A stretch of DNA of 64,000 nt from a bacterium (GTDB taxonomy: Bacteria > UBA10199 > 2-02-FULL-50-16 > JAJFLM01). The position numbers and the translations under genes were made by a program. Below, piece after piece: positions 19,296-30,800 of the stretch (positions are counted from its first letter, which is position 1; every line of letters starts with the position of its first letter). The DNA lies in NCBI GenBank assembly GCA_965216315.1, contig CBDCFN010000016.1:224001-288000 (forward strand), written 5' to 3'. The notes below the pieces were generated by a model, which ran no database searches, was not told where the DNA came from, and saw only the letters and a program-made list of their open reading frames with translations.

Positions 19296-20116
19296 TGAAT
19301 TCGCCGTTACTTGAAATTAAAGAGTTAGAAACGCAATTTCCATCTGATGGGGGCATCGTTCAGGCTGTCGACAAGGTTTCCATTACAGTAGAAGAAGGTG
19401 AAGTTGTCGGCTTGGTGGGGGAGTCGGGTTCGGGGAAATCCGTAACGGCTCTATCAATTTTGCGTCTCGTCGATGCCCCCGGCCGTATTGTAGGGGGAGA
19501 GATTTTATTTAAGCGTCGGAATGGGGCGCGCATTAATTGCGTAAAGGCTCCAGAGGCGACCATGCGCGAGTTGCGTGGCAGCGAGATTTCCATGATTTTT
19601 CAGGAGCCGATGACGAGTCTGAATCCAGTCTATACCATCGGCAATCAAATCGAAGAGGCGATACTTGTTCATGGAAAGTTGCCGCGTGCCGAGTTGAATA
19701 AACGTGTTTTGGAGTCTTTAGAGCGGGTTCGAATTCCTGATGCGAAACGTATAGCCAAAAATTACCCCCATGAGTTGTCTGGTGGAATGCGGCAGCGGGC
19801 GATGATTGCGATGGCGATTTCCTGTCAACCGCGCCTGCTTCTGGTTGATGAACCCACGACTGCCCTGGATGTCACGATACAGGCGCAAATATTGGAGCTC
19901 TTACGTTCCTTGCAATCAGATCTCGGGATGGCCATGCTTTTTATCACGCATGATCTCGGCGTGATTGCGCAGATAGCAGATAGGGTCGTTGTTATGAATG
20001 ATGGTCGTGTTGTGGAAGAGGCGCCCGTAAAAGAGTTATTTAAAAACCCGAAAGATGATTATACGAAGATGTTGTTGCGGGCGGCACCGCGATTTGAAGA
20101 AGCGAGCGCTAGTTAA
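19295..20116 (+). CDS. oppD: Oligopeptide ABC transporter ATP-binding protein
   Basis: GESGSGKS, FQEPMTSLNP, YPHELSGGMRQR, DEPTTALDVTIQAQ. Confidence 0.93.
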   Translation: MNSPLLEIKELETQFPSDGGIVQAVDKVSITVEEGEVVGLVGESGSGKSVTALSILRLVDAPGRIVGGEILFKRRNGARINCVKAPEATMRELRGSEISMIFQEPMTSLNPVYTIGNQIEEAILVHGKLPRAELNKRVLESLERVRIPDAKRIAKNYPHELSGGMRQRAMIAMAISCQPRLLLVDEPTTALDVTIQAQILELLRSLQSDLGMAMLFITHDLGVIAQIADRVVVMNDGRVVEEAPVKELFKNPKDDYTKMLLRAAPRFEEASAS

Positions 20117-21106
20117 ATGGGCGAAAACCAACTGCTGAAAATCGAAGAATTAAAAAAATATTTTCCCGTTCGTGGCGGCTTTTTTTCACGCGTGCAGGGA
20201 CAAGTTCGGGCGGTCGATTCCGTTAACCTGGCTCTCAATGGCGGCCAGACCTTGGGCCTTGTAGGGGAGTCCGGTTGTGGCAAGACCACCGTGGGCCGAC
20301 TGATCGTCAGGTTGCTTAAAGAGGATGCAGGGCGCATCCTGTTTGAAGGGGAAGATCTTGCCCATGTATCGGGAACGAAGCTGCGTGATCTCAGGGCTGA
20401 TCTTCAGATGATCTTTCAAGATCCTTACTCTTCATTGAACCCACGGATGTCGGTAGGAGACACAATTGCGGAGCCAATGCTCATCCATAGACGGATTTCA
20501 CGTTCCCAGCGGCGTGTTAAGGTAGGGGAGTTATTGGAGCGAGTCGGGCTTGAACCGGAATTTTACGATCGCTTTCCTCATGAGTTCTCAGGGGGACAGC
20601 GGCAACGCATCGGGATTGCGCGGGCCATCGCCTTGTCTCCTAAGTTGATCGTTGCGGATGAGGCGGTCAGTGCTCTCGATGTTTCCATTGCGGCGCAGAT
20701 CGTTGAGTTGCTCAAGAAGCTCCAGGAGGAGCTGGGAATTGCTTTTTTGTTCATTGCGCATGATCTCCCCTTGGTTCAGAACATGAGTCATGAAGTGGCG
20801 GTGATGTACCTGGGGAAAATTGTTGAGCAGGGCCCGAGCACGGCCTTAACGCGTCCGCTCCATCCGTATACGCATGCCCTCATCGAGGCGGTGCCAGTAC
20901 CGGACCCGGAGAGCAAGCGCGAACGTATTATCCTGAAGGGAGAGGTTCCGTCGCCCCTCAACCCACCGCCGGCCTGTCGTTTTCATCCCCGTTGTCCCTT
21001 GGCTGATACTATTTGCAAAACAGACGAGCCCGAACTAAAAGAATGGCAACCCGGCAGGTGGGCTGCTTGTCACTTTGCAGACAAAGTTTATGAAAATAAT
21101 CCTTAA
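20117..21106 (+). CDS. oppF: Oligopeptide ABC transporter ATP-binding protein
   Basis: GESGCGKT, FPHEFSGGQRQR, C-terminal CRFHPRC...C...AACH. Confidence 0.93.
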   Translation: MGENQLLKIEELKKYFPVRGGFFSRVQGQVRAVDSVNLALNGGQTLGLVGESGCGKTTVGRLIVRLLKEDAGRILFEGEDLAHVSGTKLRDLRADLQMIFQDPYSSLNPRMSVGDTIAEPMLIHRRISRSQRRVKVGELLERVGLEPEFYDRFPHEFSGGQRQRIGIARAIALSPKLIVADEAVSALDVSIAAQIVELLKKLQEELGIAFLFIAHDLPLVQNMSHEVAVMYLGKIVEQGPSTALTRPLHPYTHALIEAVPVPDPESKRERIILKGEVPSPLNPPPACRFHPRCPLADTICKTDEPELKEWQPGRWAACHFADKVYENNP

Positions 21107-21116
21107 TGAGGTATTT

Positions 21117-21623
21117 ATGAAATCATTAGTCGTCACGCTTTTGGGGTTTACGTTGTTATTTTCCGCATGTGCCGGTTCGGTGCCCGCGGATAGGAAGCGG
21201 ACGAAGCGTTCAACAACCAACCAGCTCGGCTATGTGCTACCTGGATATAATTTTTCTATTGATGCCGATTACAACCCGAGAACGGCGGGGTTTTTTTCCG
21301 GCTATACCAGTCTGACGGTGGCGATCGTCAATAAAGGCTTTCATGCAATCCGGATGCGTCCCGACAAGGATCGGTGGAAGGTCAAAGACCGTCAGGGCCG
21401 CTGGCATCGCGGTATCTTGGAGATTCAGTATGAAGAACCACTGATCTGGAGTCGCCTCGATCCCCGGGCGCAGAAAATCATGCTCTATCCGGAAATGGTG
21501 CCGCCCGGGTATACGCAGACCTTCCAAATATTTATTCCGGGAACGGTCAATCTAGCCGGGTTTGATCGCATTAAGTATTACAATGCGACGGCCAAAAAGA
21601 CCTTTACGTTTACTCGATATTAA
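21117..21623 (+). CDS. Hypothetical lipoprotein
   Basis: GAGG RBS, MKSLVVTLLGFTLLFSAC lipobox. Confidence 0.65.
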   Translation: MKSLVVTLLGFTLLFSACAGSVPADRKRTKRSTTNQLGYVLPGYNFSIDADYNPRTAGFFSGYTSLTVAIVNKGFHAIRMRPDKDRWKVKDRQGRWHRGILEIQYEEPLIWSRLDPRAQKIMLYPEMVPPGYTQTFQIFIPGTVNLAGFDRIKYYNATAKKTFTFTRY

Positions 21624-21660
21624 AAAAAAAGGCGACCCGATTACCGGGTCGCCTTTTTTA
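21622..21660. terminator. Bidirectional intrinsic terminator
   Basis: A-run, GGCGACCCG/CGGGTCGCC stem, T-run, between convergent genes. Confidence 0.9.
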
Positions 21661-21681
21661 TTTATCTAAGCGAATGGGAAA

Positions 21682-23058
21682 CTATTCAGCTGTACTGCCA
21701 TGCGAACGGGCGAAGTCCGGATAGGCCGCGGCGCCATGTTCGCCGAGATCCAATCCACCGACCTCTTCCTCTTCACTGACGCGGACGCCCATGATCAGCT
21801 TGATGATGAAGAAGGAGACGGCTGCAAACACGAGCGTGAAGGCGCCGATCGAGAGTATGCCGACGGTTTGATGCCAGAGTTGGGTCCCACCGGCCTTGTC
21901 GCCAAAGATGCCGACAGCGAGTGTGCCCCAGATGCCGCATACTAAGTGGACGGAGATCGCACCGACGGGATCATCGACTTTGATCTTGTCAAAGAAGAGG
22001 ACCGAGAACACGACAATGGTTCCCGCGATCAAGCCGATGATGACAGAGTCCTGAACGCTCATCAGATCCGCACCTGCGGTAATGCCGACAAGGCCAGCCA
22101 AGATGCCGTTGAGGACCATTGAGAGATCCGGTTTTTTGAGGACACCCCAGCAGACTAAGGCGGCACCGACACCACCTGCTGCTGCGGCCATTGATGTGGT
22201 AACGAGGACAAGCGAAACCAGGGCCGGGTCCGCACTTAAGACGGAGCCGCCATTAAATCCAAACCAGCCAAACCACAACAGCAGGGCCCCGACAGTCGCC
22301 AAGGGGAGACTATGGCCGAGGATGGGGTGAACACCGCTTTTAGTGTACTTGCCCAGGCGGGGTCCCAGGATAATGGCACACACGAGCGCGGCCCAACCAC
22401 CGACGGAGTGGACCAAAGTCGATCCGGCAAAATCATAGAAGCCTAACTGATCTAACCATCCCCCGCCCCATTTCCATGAACCCGTGATGGGGTAACTAAT
22501 GGCGACAAAGATTGTACTCCATACCATGAAGGAGCTGAGTTTGATCCGTTCAGCGACCGCTCCCGACACGATTGTTGCCGCGGTAGCCGCGAAGACCGCC
22601 TGGAAAAAGAAGTCCGTATACCAGGTATACCCTTCATTGTAGGCCGACGTCATGAAGTCAGCTCCTGATTTGGTGATGCCAAAACCACCCCAGCCCAAAA
22701 AGCCGGCCGCGCCTTCAGCAAACCCAGGATACATGAGATTAAATCCGCAGAGGGCGTAAGTTAAGAAGCCAATGCAGATAATCCAGCTGTTTTTGAACAG
22801 GACGTTGACCGTATTTTTAGAGCGCGTCAGTCCACTCTCTAGGGTGGCAAAGCCGAGATGCATGATAAAGACCAGACATCCCGCCAGCATAATCCAGAGA
22901 TTGTTGACAGTGAAAATACTAACACTGACTCCTTCTTTTGCAGGGGCGGCCGCTTCAGCAGCCGCTGTGACGGCCTCTTGCGCCCATCCCTCACTGATGA
23001 CCCCCATCATCAGGAGTACAAGCGGTAATGCGCTCCCCCATAGTTTCATTCGCTTCAT
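21682..23058 (-). CDS. amtB: Ammonium transporter
   Basis: FFFQAVFAATAATIVSGAVAER, DFAGSTLVH, WFGWFGFNGGS, DDPVGAISVHLVCG (twin His). Confidence 0.97.
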   Translation of the reverse strand: MKRMKLWGSALPLVLLMMGVISEGWAQEAVTAAAEAAAPAKEGVSVSIFTVNNLWIMLAGCLVFIMHLGFATLESGLTRSKNTVNVLFKNSWIICIGFLTYALCGFNLMYPGFAEGAAGFLGWGGFGITKSGADFMTSAYNEGYTWYTDFFFQAVFAATAATIVSGAVAERIKLSSFMVWSTIFVAISYPITGSWKWGGGWLDQLGFYDFAGSTLVHSVGGWAALVCAIILGPRLGKYTKSGVHPILGHSLPLATVGALLLWFGWFGFNGGSVLSADPALVSLVLVTTSMAAAAGGVGAALVCWGVLKKPDLSMVLNGILAGLVGITAGADLMSVQDSVIIGLIAGTIVVFSVLFFDKIKVDDPVGAISVHLVCGIWGTLAVGIFGDKAGGTQLWHQTVGILSIGAFTLVFAAVSFFIIKLIMGVRVSEEEEVGGLDLGEHGAAAYPDFARSHGSTAE

Positions 23059-23110
23059 TCTAAATTCCTCCTTAAATATTTAATCTGTTTCCTTTGCCCT
23101 GTTCCCAAGT

Positions 23111-23146
23111 GCCCCGTTAGACAAGCAATCTGTTATCTAACGGGGC
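23111..23146. repeat. Intercistronic hairpin between glnK and amtB
   Basis: Perfect 11-bp inverted repeat GCCCCGTTAGA/TCTAACGGGGC. Confidence 0.65.
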
Positions 23147-23209
23147 TAAGGAGAGTACTCATAACGAGTACAACCCTATTGGGTTGTTTTAGGCGTGAGT
23201 TAAGAATCT

Positions 23210-23560
<351 letters not shown>

Positions 23561-23607
23561 TTAAAAAAGTACAAAAAACAGTTTCATTCTGATGCAGTAT
23601 GTCATTA

Positions 23608-23624
23608 AGCAAATGTCGTACCAA
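23608..23624 (-). promoter_or_regulatory. Sigma54 -24/-12 promoter of glnK-amtB
   Basis: TTGGTACGACATTTGCT (GG-N10-GC). Confidence 0.8.
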
Positions 23625-23798
23625 ACTAGCTTTTTATCGGAAAATAATAAATTGCCTTGTAAAATCATGAGGTTATATCCTCAATTGATGGAGAAATAGG
23701 CATTCGCGACAGGCATGTTTCATGACAATAGTGTCGATCAACGACAAAATTGAAGAACAGCCTTGACGCATTGTGCTATGGTTCGCTACGACGGGGTC

Positions 23799-25334
23799 AT
23801 GGATCAGAACTTGACCCGACGCCAGGGCGAGCGGCTGGCCGCTCTCTCCGAGATCAGTAAGTTGGTCGTGGGGACGACGGATGCGGATCGCGCCACGTTG
23901 GAAGTCTTTAACGCGCTTCGGGATCGTTTTAAGATCCTCGGAGGTCTGCTGGGGCTCCGGAATCAGGAGAGCGGCAAGGTCGAAGTCGTCGCCGCATCGG
24001 GATTTCCCAGCAAGCTGCGTCGTGATGCTCACTTTCGCTGGGCCAGTACGTTGCTGGAAGATGTCGTGCGAACCGGTTATGCCCAGGTCATTGCCAATGT
24101 ACGCGAGGAGTCGACTGAAAAAACGGCCTTGTCCAATGAGGACCAGACTTGGGCCGTGTGTGTGCCGATTCGCGTGCGGGGTCGCACGTCCGGAGCCTTG
24201 TGGATCGAGCAAGGCTACACTGACAAAGCAGGGCCCTTTGAAGAGGCGGTTAATTTTCTCCGGATCGTTGCGGCCATTGTCGGTCAGGCTTATGAATTAC
24301 AACTTCGTTTTGGGCGAACCCAACAAAGTAGTCGGAGTGGGGATGCCGAAGAATTTAGTGGTTCCCGCTTAATCATTGGCACCAGTCCCGTGATCCGGGA
24401 GGTCTTGCAGGCTATCGATCAGGTCGGCCCGGGTGGAGCGACTGTCTTGATTCGAGGTGAGAGCGGGACCGGTAAAGAGCTGGTGGCGAAGGCCTTGCAT
24501 CAGGTGAGCCCGCGTAAGGGAGGTCCTTTCGTCAAGGTCGTGTGCGCGGCCCTCCCGGAGACTTTGTTGGAAACTGCCCTTTTTGGGCATGAGCGGGGAG
24601 CGTTTACCGGAGCGACGGAGCGTAAACACGGTTTTTTGGAAGAGGCCTCGGGGGGGACGCTTTTTTTAGATGAGATTGGGGAGATTTCTCCGTCGACTCA
24701 AATTAAGTTGTTACGGTTTTTGCAGGAGCGGACCTTTGAACGGGTAGGCGGCACCAAGCCCATCTCTGTCGATGTGAGAATTATTACGGCGACCAATCGC
24801 GATCTTGAGTTGGAGGTGAGCCGGGGGCAATTCCGCGAAGACCTTTATTATCGTCTTAATGTCGTGCCGATTACCTTGCCACCGTTGCGCGAGCGCGCCG
24901 AAGATATTCCCCTCTTGATTGAGCACTTTGTGAATGAGCTGAGTCAGCATTATAAAAAGGAAATCGTATTTGCCGGGGATGCCGTACGCAAGATGCAAGA
25001 GTATGACTGGCCGGGCAATGTACGCGAGCTAGAGAACTTTATCGAAAGGCTGATGGTCTTAGCGCCGGACCGATTAATTACCGCCAAAGATATTGTGTTG
25101 CCGCGGACGCAAACCCGACTCCAGCCGACTTCAATCCAGAAACCGGTTTCCACTGAATTGCCGTCGACACGTCCCACCTTACATGAGATCGAGCGCGAGC
25201 AGGTCGTGAAGGCCTTGGAGCTGGCCGGTGGGGTGCAGACGGTTGCCGCCCGCCAACTCGGCATTAGTCCACGCCAGCTGGCCTATCGCGTCAAAAAATA
25301 CCAAATCGCGCGCAAGACCGTAAAATATTCCTAA
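23799..25334 (+). CDS. Sigma54-dependent activator, GAF-AAA+-HTH (NifA-like architecture)
   Basis: GAF domain, GESGTGKE, GAFTGA, LFLDEIGE, FREDLYYRLNV, WPGNVRELEN, Fis-type HTH. Start could be 23763, 23778 or 23799. Confidence 0.93.
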   Translation: MDQNLTRRQGERLAALSEISKLVVGTTDADRATLEVFNALRDRFKILGGLLGLRNQESGKVEVVAASGFPSKLRRDAHFRWASTLLEDVVRTGYAQVIANVREESTEKTALSNEDQTWAVCVPIRVRGRTSGALWIEQGYTDKAGPFEEAVNFLRIVAAIVGQAYELQLRFGRTQQSSRSGDAEEFSGSRLIIGTSPVIREVLQAIDQVGPGGATVLIRGESGTGKELVAKALHQVSPRKGGPFVKVVCAALPETLLETALFGHERGAFTGATERKHGFLEEASGGTLFLDEIGEISPSTQIKLLRFLQERTFERVGGTKPISVDVRIITATNRDLELEVSRGQFREDLYYRLNVVPITLPPLRERAEDIPLLIEHFVNELSQHYKKEIVFAGDAVRKMQEYDWPGNVRELENFIERLMVLAPDRLITAKDIVLPRTQTRLQPTSIQKPVSTELPSTRPTLHEIEREQVVKALELAGGVQTVAARQLGISPRQLAYRVKKYQIARKTVKYS

Positions 25335-25447
25335 ATCGTCAAAATAACTGACTTTTTGTGTCTGTCTTTTTGACGACTGGGGTCAAAATTTACCCGCGGA
25401 GTGGGGAGCCCCTTATCTCGCCGTAACTCCCCTTGTTTTCGATATTT

Positions 25448-25613
25448 TTATCAAAATGATAGTTAAAAATGACGCTAAATTTCATCGTCATTGAGTCATG
25501 CCCACGCCTTAGCCATAAATAGATTATCATTTTGATAACTATTTAACTGCCTAAAATATAAAGCAATTTAATAATTATAAGAATTTGAAATGACAATTGG
25601 CACTGTCTTTGCA
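25448..25613 (+). promoter_or_regulatory. Sigma54 promoter with upstream palindromic enhancer sites
   Basis: TTATCAAAATGATAG (25448), TTATCATTTTGATAA (25524), TGGCACTGTCTTTGCA (25598-25613). Confidence 0.8.
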
Positions 25614-25756
25614 GCATTCAGGGCAGTGTGAGTGTTCACGTTTTCGTCGTTCGGGGAAGCAAATGGGCAGCAAAAGGACGACGGAAGCAGCCGCTCTTGG
25701 GTTTGGGGGAGAGGAAGAGGGCAGACAAAGGAGCTTACTAGCTGAAGGGGGCGATA

Positions 25757-27418
25757 ATGAATCGGGCAAAACGTGGGCATGAGTGGGGAGGGCTCACGGT
25801 TGGAATCATAGCTTTCATGATGATGACGGTCGTTGGTTGTATGGGAGGGTCAGACACGACCCAACCGGCAGTGCAATCAGCGCCACTCAACCAACCAGGC
25901 GAAAACGCGATTAATGGAATGAATTTGGGGGAGGTGCAGTTCTTGGATTTTGGTAGTGGGCAGGGAGTTGATCTGAATTTCGATTCGAATTCGGCAGAAG
26001 ATACCTATCTTGCCGTGTTGCACTCGAATAATGTTCGTGAAGGGGCCTTCAATGTGGTCATTCAAGGCTCTTCTTCGGCAACCGTACCGACGCAATCGTA
26101 TCAAACTCTCGAATTAGGCGATTCTCCTCTAGATGATGAAGTGGATGACAACCCCATGCATGAACTTTCACGTGCCTGGTCGGCTGTTTATGCCAGCAGT
26201 CCCGATGTCGTTCCGGTTGAACCGCGTCACTCGGCTATGGCGGCGATGACGGTCGGAGATCAAGTGGGTCAAACCGAGACTTTCCGTGTTCTCAATTCAC
26301 TGAGTTCAGTGACAAACTATACAACGGTCACGGGTCGTTTGCGTTATATCGGTGATGATATCCTTGTCTATGTTGATACGGCGATGGATGACGATGAATA
26401 TCTTACGGATGCTGAGATTGATGAGATGGCCAGTAATTTTGAAACGCATTCAATGGCCATTGAAAGAAATCTTTTTGGACGCGAATCGGATGTCAATGCG
26501 GATGGCAAAGTCACTATTTTGATGACGCCGGTTCTGAATGAGATGTGCCTACCTACCGGCATCGTAACGGGGTTTTTCTTTCCTGGAGACCTTTACGAAC
26601 AAGATAGCAGCAATCCGGCTTCCAATGCACAGGAGATATTCTATACGCTCGTACCGGATCCGGAGGGACGGTTCTGTCGCGCCTTAGGTCTCGAGTTTAC
26701 GATGGATAATATCCTGCCAGGCGTATTGGCCCATGAATATCAACACATGATCAGCTTTAATCAGCATGTCTTTCTTAAGGGTGGATCGACTGAAGAGCCA
26801 TGGCTCAATGAATCCCTCTCGCATCTGGCCGAAGATATTACCGGACACGGGCTTGAGAACTATTCGCGCGTCAAACTTTTCTTGGATCGCGCGAATACGA
26901 CGACTCTTATTCCTAACGGCCTGCCCTCATTGGCCGAACGAGGAATGGGTTATCTCTTCCTTCGTTACCTTTATGAGCAAGTCGCGGACAATGAAGCTTT
27001 CATGAATTCCATGCTCATGACGGATAAGACGGGTGTCGGAAACATCGAAGCCGCCTTGGCGAAGGCCGGTGCAAGTTTTTCAGAATTCAGTCAGGGCTTT
27101 GCTCATTGGCAGGTGGCACTGGTTTTAAGTGGAACCGGACTGACCAATGATAATCGATATAATTATCAAGCGCGCCGTATCGACGAAGTGACCGGCAATT
27201 ATAAAGGTATTTGTATCAAATGTGACTCTAATGACGGTCGTGGGACCATTCTCGATGGGCCTGTCATGGCGGAGATCAATAGTTTACCGCTCACTGTCGA
27301 TTTGGAGTCGGCCGGAACGAGATTTTTAAAGATTAAGGCGCCTGGGACCTTGTTGTCGATTAACGGTTCCAGCGGAATTAATTTGGGAGGTGCACTTATT
27401 CGACTGGAGGCAAACTGA
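25757..27418 (+). CDS. Zinc metallopeptidase lipoprotein (gluzincin, M30-like)
   Basis: Lipobox VVGC; LAHEYQHMISFNQH (HExxH) with downstream WLNESLSHLAE third ligand; DVNADGK Ca-binding-like loop. Confidence 0.8.
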   Translation: MNRAKRGHEWGGLTVGIIAFMMMTVVGCMGGSDTTQPAVQSAPLNQPGENAINGMNLGEVQFLDFGSGQGVDLNFDSNSAEDTYLAVLHSNNVREGAFNVVIQGSSSATVPTQSYQTLELGDSPLDDEVDDNPMHELSRAWSAVYASSPDVVPVEPRHSAMAAMTVGDQVGQTETFRVLNSLSSVTNYTTVTGRLRYIGDDILVYVDTAMDDDEYLTDAEIDEMASNFETHSMAIERNLFGRESDVNADGKVTILMTPVLNEMCLPTGIVTGFFFPGDLYEQDSSNPASNAQEIFYTLVPDPEGRFCRALGLEFTMDNILPGVLAHEYQHMISFNQHVFLKGGSTEEPWLNESLSHLAEDITGHGLENYSRVKLFLDRANTTTLIPNGLPSLAERGMGYLFLRYLYEQVADNEAFMNSMLMTDKTGVGNIEAALAKAGASFSEFSQGFAHWQVALVLSGTGLTNDNRYNYQARRIDEVTGNYKGICIKCDSNDGRGTILDGPVMAEINSLPLTVDLESAGTRFLKIKAPGTLLSINGSSGINLGGALIRLEAN

Positions 27419-27432
27419 TTACAATATTTGAA

Positions 27433-27551
27433 GTCGTTCGAAAAGTTCCCAGCTGTGAGGCAGGGCGACGAAGTGTGACACAGGCGTACTGATACGTACG
27501 CCGAGGAGCCACTAAGGAGCCCAACGATGCAGATGGTGGTTTTCGAACGAC
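27433..27551. mobile_element. 119-bp MITE / palindromic element
   Basis: Perfect 12-bp terminal inverted repeats GTCGTTCGAAAA/TTTTCGAACGAC; central hairpin GGCGTAC-TGATAC-GTACGCC; no transposase. Confidence 0.75.
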
Positions 27552-27559
27552 GGAGTTTG

Positions 27560-27745
27560 CCCGACACTGGCCTAACCCTCCCTAAGTGGGCCAGTAACCC
27601 CAAGCCAGGTTCCCCCCCGATTCCCCGTTGGGGGGGAACCGTTTGGCGGAACGAAAGCACAGCTTCCGTTCCACCATAGTCAGGGGGAAGAAAAACTCTC
27701 TCCCCCCTAACGACCCCCCATCGTGGGTTAAATTGGGGTAAAGTT
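27560..27745 (+). ncRNA. Candidate structured RNA with five consecutive hairpins
   Basis: Stems at 27566-27595, 27608-27640, 27644-27676, 27682-27708 and 27713-27739, followed by a terminator; no credible ORF. Strand inferred from the terminator. Confidence 0.4.
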
Positions 27746-27758
27746 CTTTAACACGCCG

Positions 27759-27793
27759 AAGAGGGGCGGACCCGAGGAAGGCCGCCCCTTTTT
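27759..27793 (+). terminator. Intrinsic terminator
   Basis: AGGGGCGG/CCGCCCCT stem followed by a T run. Confidence 0.75.
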
Positions 27794-27823
27794 ACTATCA
27801 CAAATAATTTTCAGGATTGTTGA

Positions 27824-30800
27824 CTACGCTTTTTCGCGTTTGCGTTGCTCGCGCCAGTTGCGGAAGCGCCGGAAGATGTTGAGGAATCTTCCCAGGCGGG
27901 TGTACCAAGGAAGTGCCATCGGTGCTTGTGAGTCGGATAGAGCTAGGGCATCGACGAAGTATTCGACGCGGTTGCGGCCGTTACGCTTGGCGCGATACAG
28001 GACCGTATCGGCGTTGCTGATGGCAACGCTAAGCGATGTTTTCTTTTCCTTTACTTCGGAGAGCTCGTCGCCGCTACCATTGCCGCCGTTTTCGATGATG
28101 CGGAAGGGAGCGACGCCAAGGCTGACCGTGATATCTAGGGAGACAGGTTTTCCGCCGGCATTCGAAGTGATCGTATTCTGCATGATACGCTCGCGGATGC
28201 GCTCGGCCATTTTCTTGGCCCCTTCTGCGCCACAGTGGCGAGCGACGAGACAAAACTCTTCACCGCCGTAGCGGGACACGATATCGGTCGGGCGCGCTTC
28301 ATCACGGATCATGTCGGTGACCTGGCGGAGGACGTCGTCGCCGACGGGATGGCCGTGGTTGTTGTTGACACGGCTGAAGTGATCAATGTCGATCATGATA
28401 ACATAGTGTTCTTTAACTCTCCCATCCGGATAACGATCTTCGCCACGGGGGTTCAACATGCTCCGTTCCAGGACACCATTTTGACTCATCAGCTTACCAT
28501 AGGTTTCGAGCCCGGTTTTATCGTCGTGCTCGGAGTCATGGAGGTGGATCGAGGCAGCCGTTGCATGGATGTCGGCTAGATCCAGGGCTTCCGCCAATAA
28601 AGCACGGACGTGGGTCGGAACAGTGGGATCAAAGAGTATCGGTGACTGGCGCAGTTCTTTTAGCCGCCTGTGTTGGGCCTTTTTATGCTCGTCGGCTCTA
28701 ATTCGCTCTTCTTCGCTTTGCTCCGGCTCATTGCTAATCTTTTCAAGCTCCCCACTGCGCGCCAATTGATTGCTGAAGAGACGGGTAAAGCCTTCATAGT
28801 CAGGACGCAACGAGAAACGTAAGGGAAGCGATTCATGTGTTCGGCTATAACTATCGAAAAACTCGCGCCCAATGCGCGTGCGATCTTCTAAGAGAAATTC
28901 CAGCAGTTCCCAGGCGTGTTTGACTTCATTCAGTTCAGCCTGTTTGTCGGGAGAGAGGCTGATATTTCGTTCTTGGAGAAAGGCATCAAAATCTTCGAAG
29001 ACGCGACGCCGTACTTCGGGGGATTCAAAATCAAATCCAATGTAAGGCATGAATGTCATTCCCTGGTCGCGGGCTTTCATGTCGAGAGCGTTGACGCCGA
29101 GTTGATATAGGAAGGCAATGATGCGTTGCATGGCGCGCCGGCTCAGCCCCGCATCCGTGCTTTGTTTTTTACGCGCGGGGTCCATCTCAGTTCGGATGCT
29201 TTCCCCCCAGGCGACCCAGTGTTCGCCGGGTTGAGGTAATTTGGGGATCCAACCTTCGAGGCTGGTTGCCAACGTGCCGTCTTCGGCTGAAATTTCAGCA
29301 CTGATATGGACACCGTTGGTATTGAAGCGTTTGAGTTTTACGCGGCTGGTGACATGGCCGCGAATATCCGTTCCGAATGCGTCACGGATGTCGCGAACCG
29401 AGACACGGCGGTGAAACAATTCTTCGAGGAGTTGCTGGGTTTCGTCTGAGTCGAACGGAAGATCGAGTTCATCCCCGATATCGATATGTTCAATCCGAGG
29501 CGGTTCCGCTGTCTTGACAACGCGCCTTGTTGCTTCATCCCAGTTTTCTTTGTAGACAAACTGCCGAATCCACCGGGCAACTTGAGTCGAGCTGGACCGG
29601 CCGATTACAAAATACATCGCCTGTTTTATGTCAATTTTAGTCGGATCAGCCGTGGGTGTGCCGTTGAGATAAGCCGGGAACGAAGCGAGGCGCACATCAA
29701 ATCCCTTGTTGGCGAGTTGCCAGGCTCTTCGCTCGGCTTCTTCAAGCGTGTCGGTAAAGACATGGACTTCGCGGGCATGAGCTGGACGATCCGTCGGGCG
29801 AAACCAATGATTGAATATGGCTTGTGCTTCCTCAGGGTCATTTTCCCAGAGTTGCGGTATGACCTTGCCAATTTCGTGCAATAAACTCTCGACGTTACGA
29901 CCGCGACCGACCATTCGTGTAGGGGCACGCAATACAATGGGCGAATTACCGTTTTCAGTTGTGATCGGTCTGGTAATAAGGCGCAAACGATCCGTTGCGG
30001 TTTGCATCTGAGTGTTATCAAGTTGGGCACCCCGCGTTTTGTCAATATCCTTGAGGGCGCTGAGTATACGCACCAGGAGGTCCGGTGGAACGACGATGGG
30101 ACTAATCTGATTCGTCCTCCGTTGCTGACGTATATGGGCGTACTCTAGATTTTGAATTTCTTCGCTGAGATCCGCGTAAGGATAATAGCTATTAAAGGCC
30201 TGTTTGGTTTGTTCAAGTAAACGTCTTCGCGGTGCGTCGCCCAGATTGGTCCAATCACTGAAGCTTAATGCGAGTTGCCGGACCCACGGATATTTGGAGG
30301 CATCAATCGCGGGCAAGGCTATTTGGATATCGCGAATCAGTGTCGCGTTTTCGGCTAGAGTTGGCGTCATGGCAAGGGCGCGCCGGTATTGGTCAATTTC
30401 CGGTTGAAATTCTTCAAAGCCTTCGATCGGTCTGAGGAGCTGTTCGGCCATATCGAGGGTTAGGCGGCGGACGGCGACGGTCGTATGCGCCCAATTGCCT
30501 AGAAAACGAATGATTTCGATGGAATGAAATGCCCGGTCGAATTCTTTTGCAGTTGCATTTGGTCCCAGTTGCGCGCGCGTTCGAGCCTTCATCAATGTTT
30601 GGACGGCCGTATTGACTAGCGGCGGTACTTGGCGCGGACCTGAATAATCAGCCGCGGCGATATGCCGATCAATACGTTGTGCCAGCGGACTCAAGGGTTG
30701 GTGTCCGCGCAAAGTCGCATTGGTATCATCGAGCATCTGCGTGCGCGTCGACTGCGGCAATTGATTGATGGTGCCCAGCGCCGTGCTGAATGTCGCGAGA

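Noticed and set aside
23799..25334. True nifA / nitrogen fixation
   Set aside because: Only the domain architecture matches; no nif genes in the window and no exact TGT-N10-ACA site noticed upstream of glnK.
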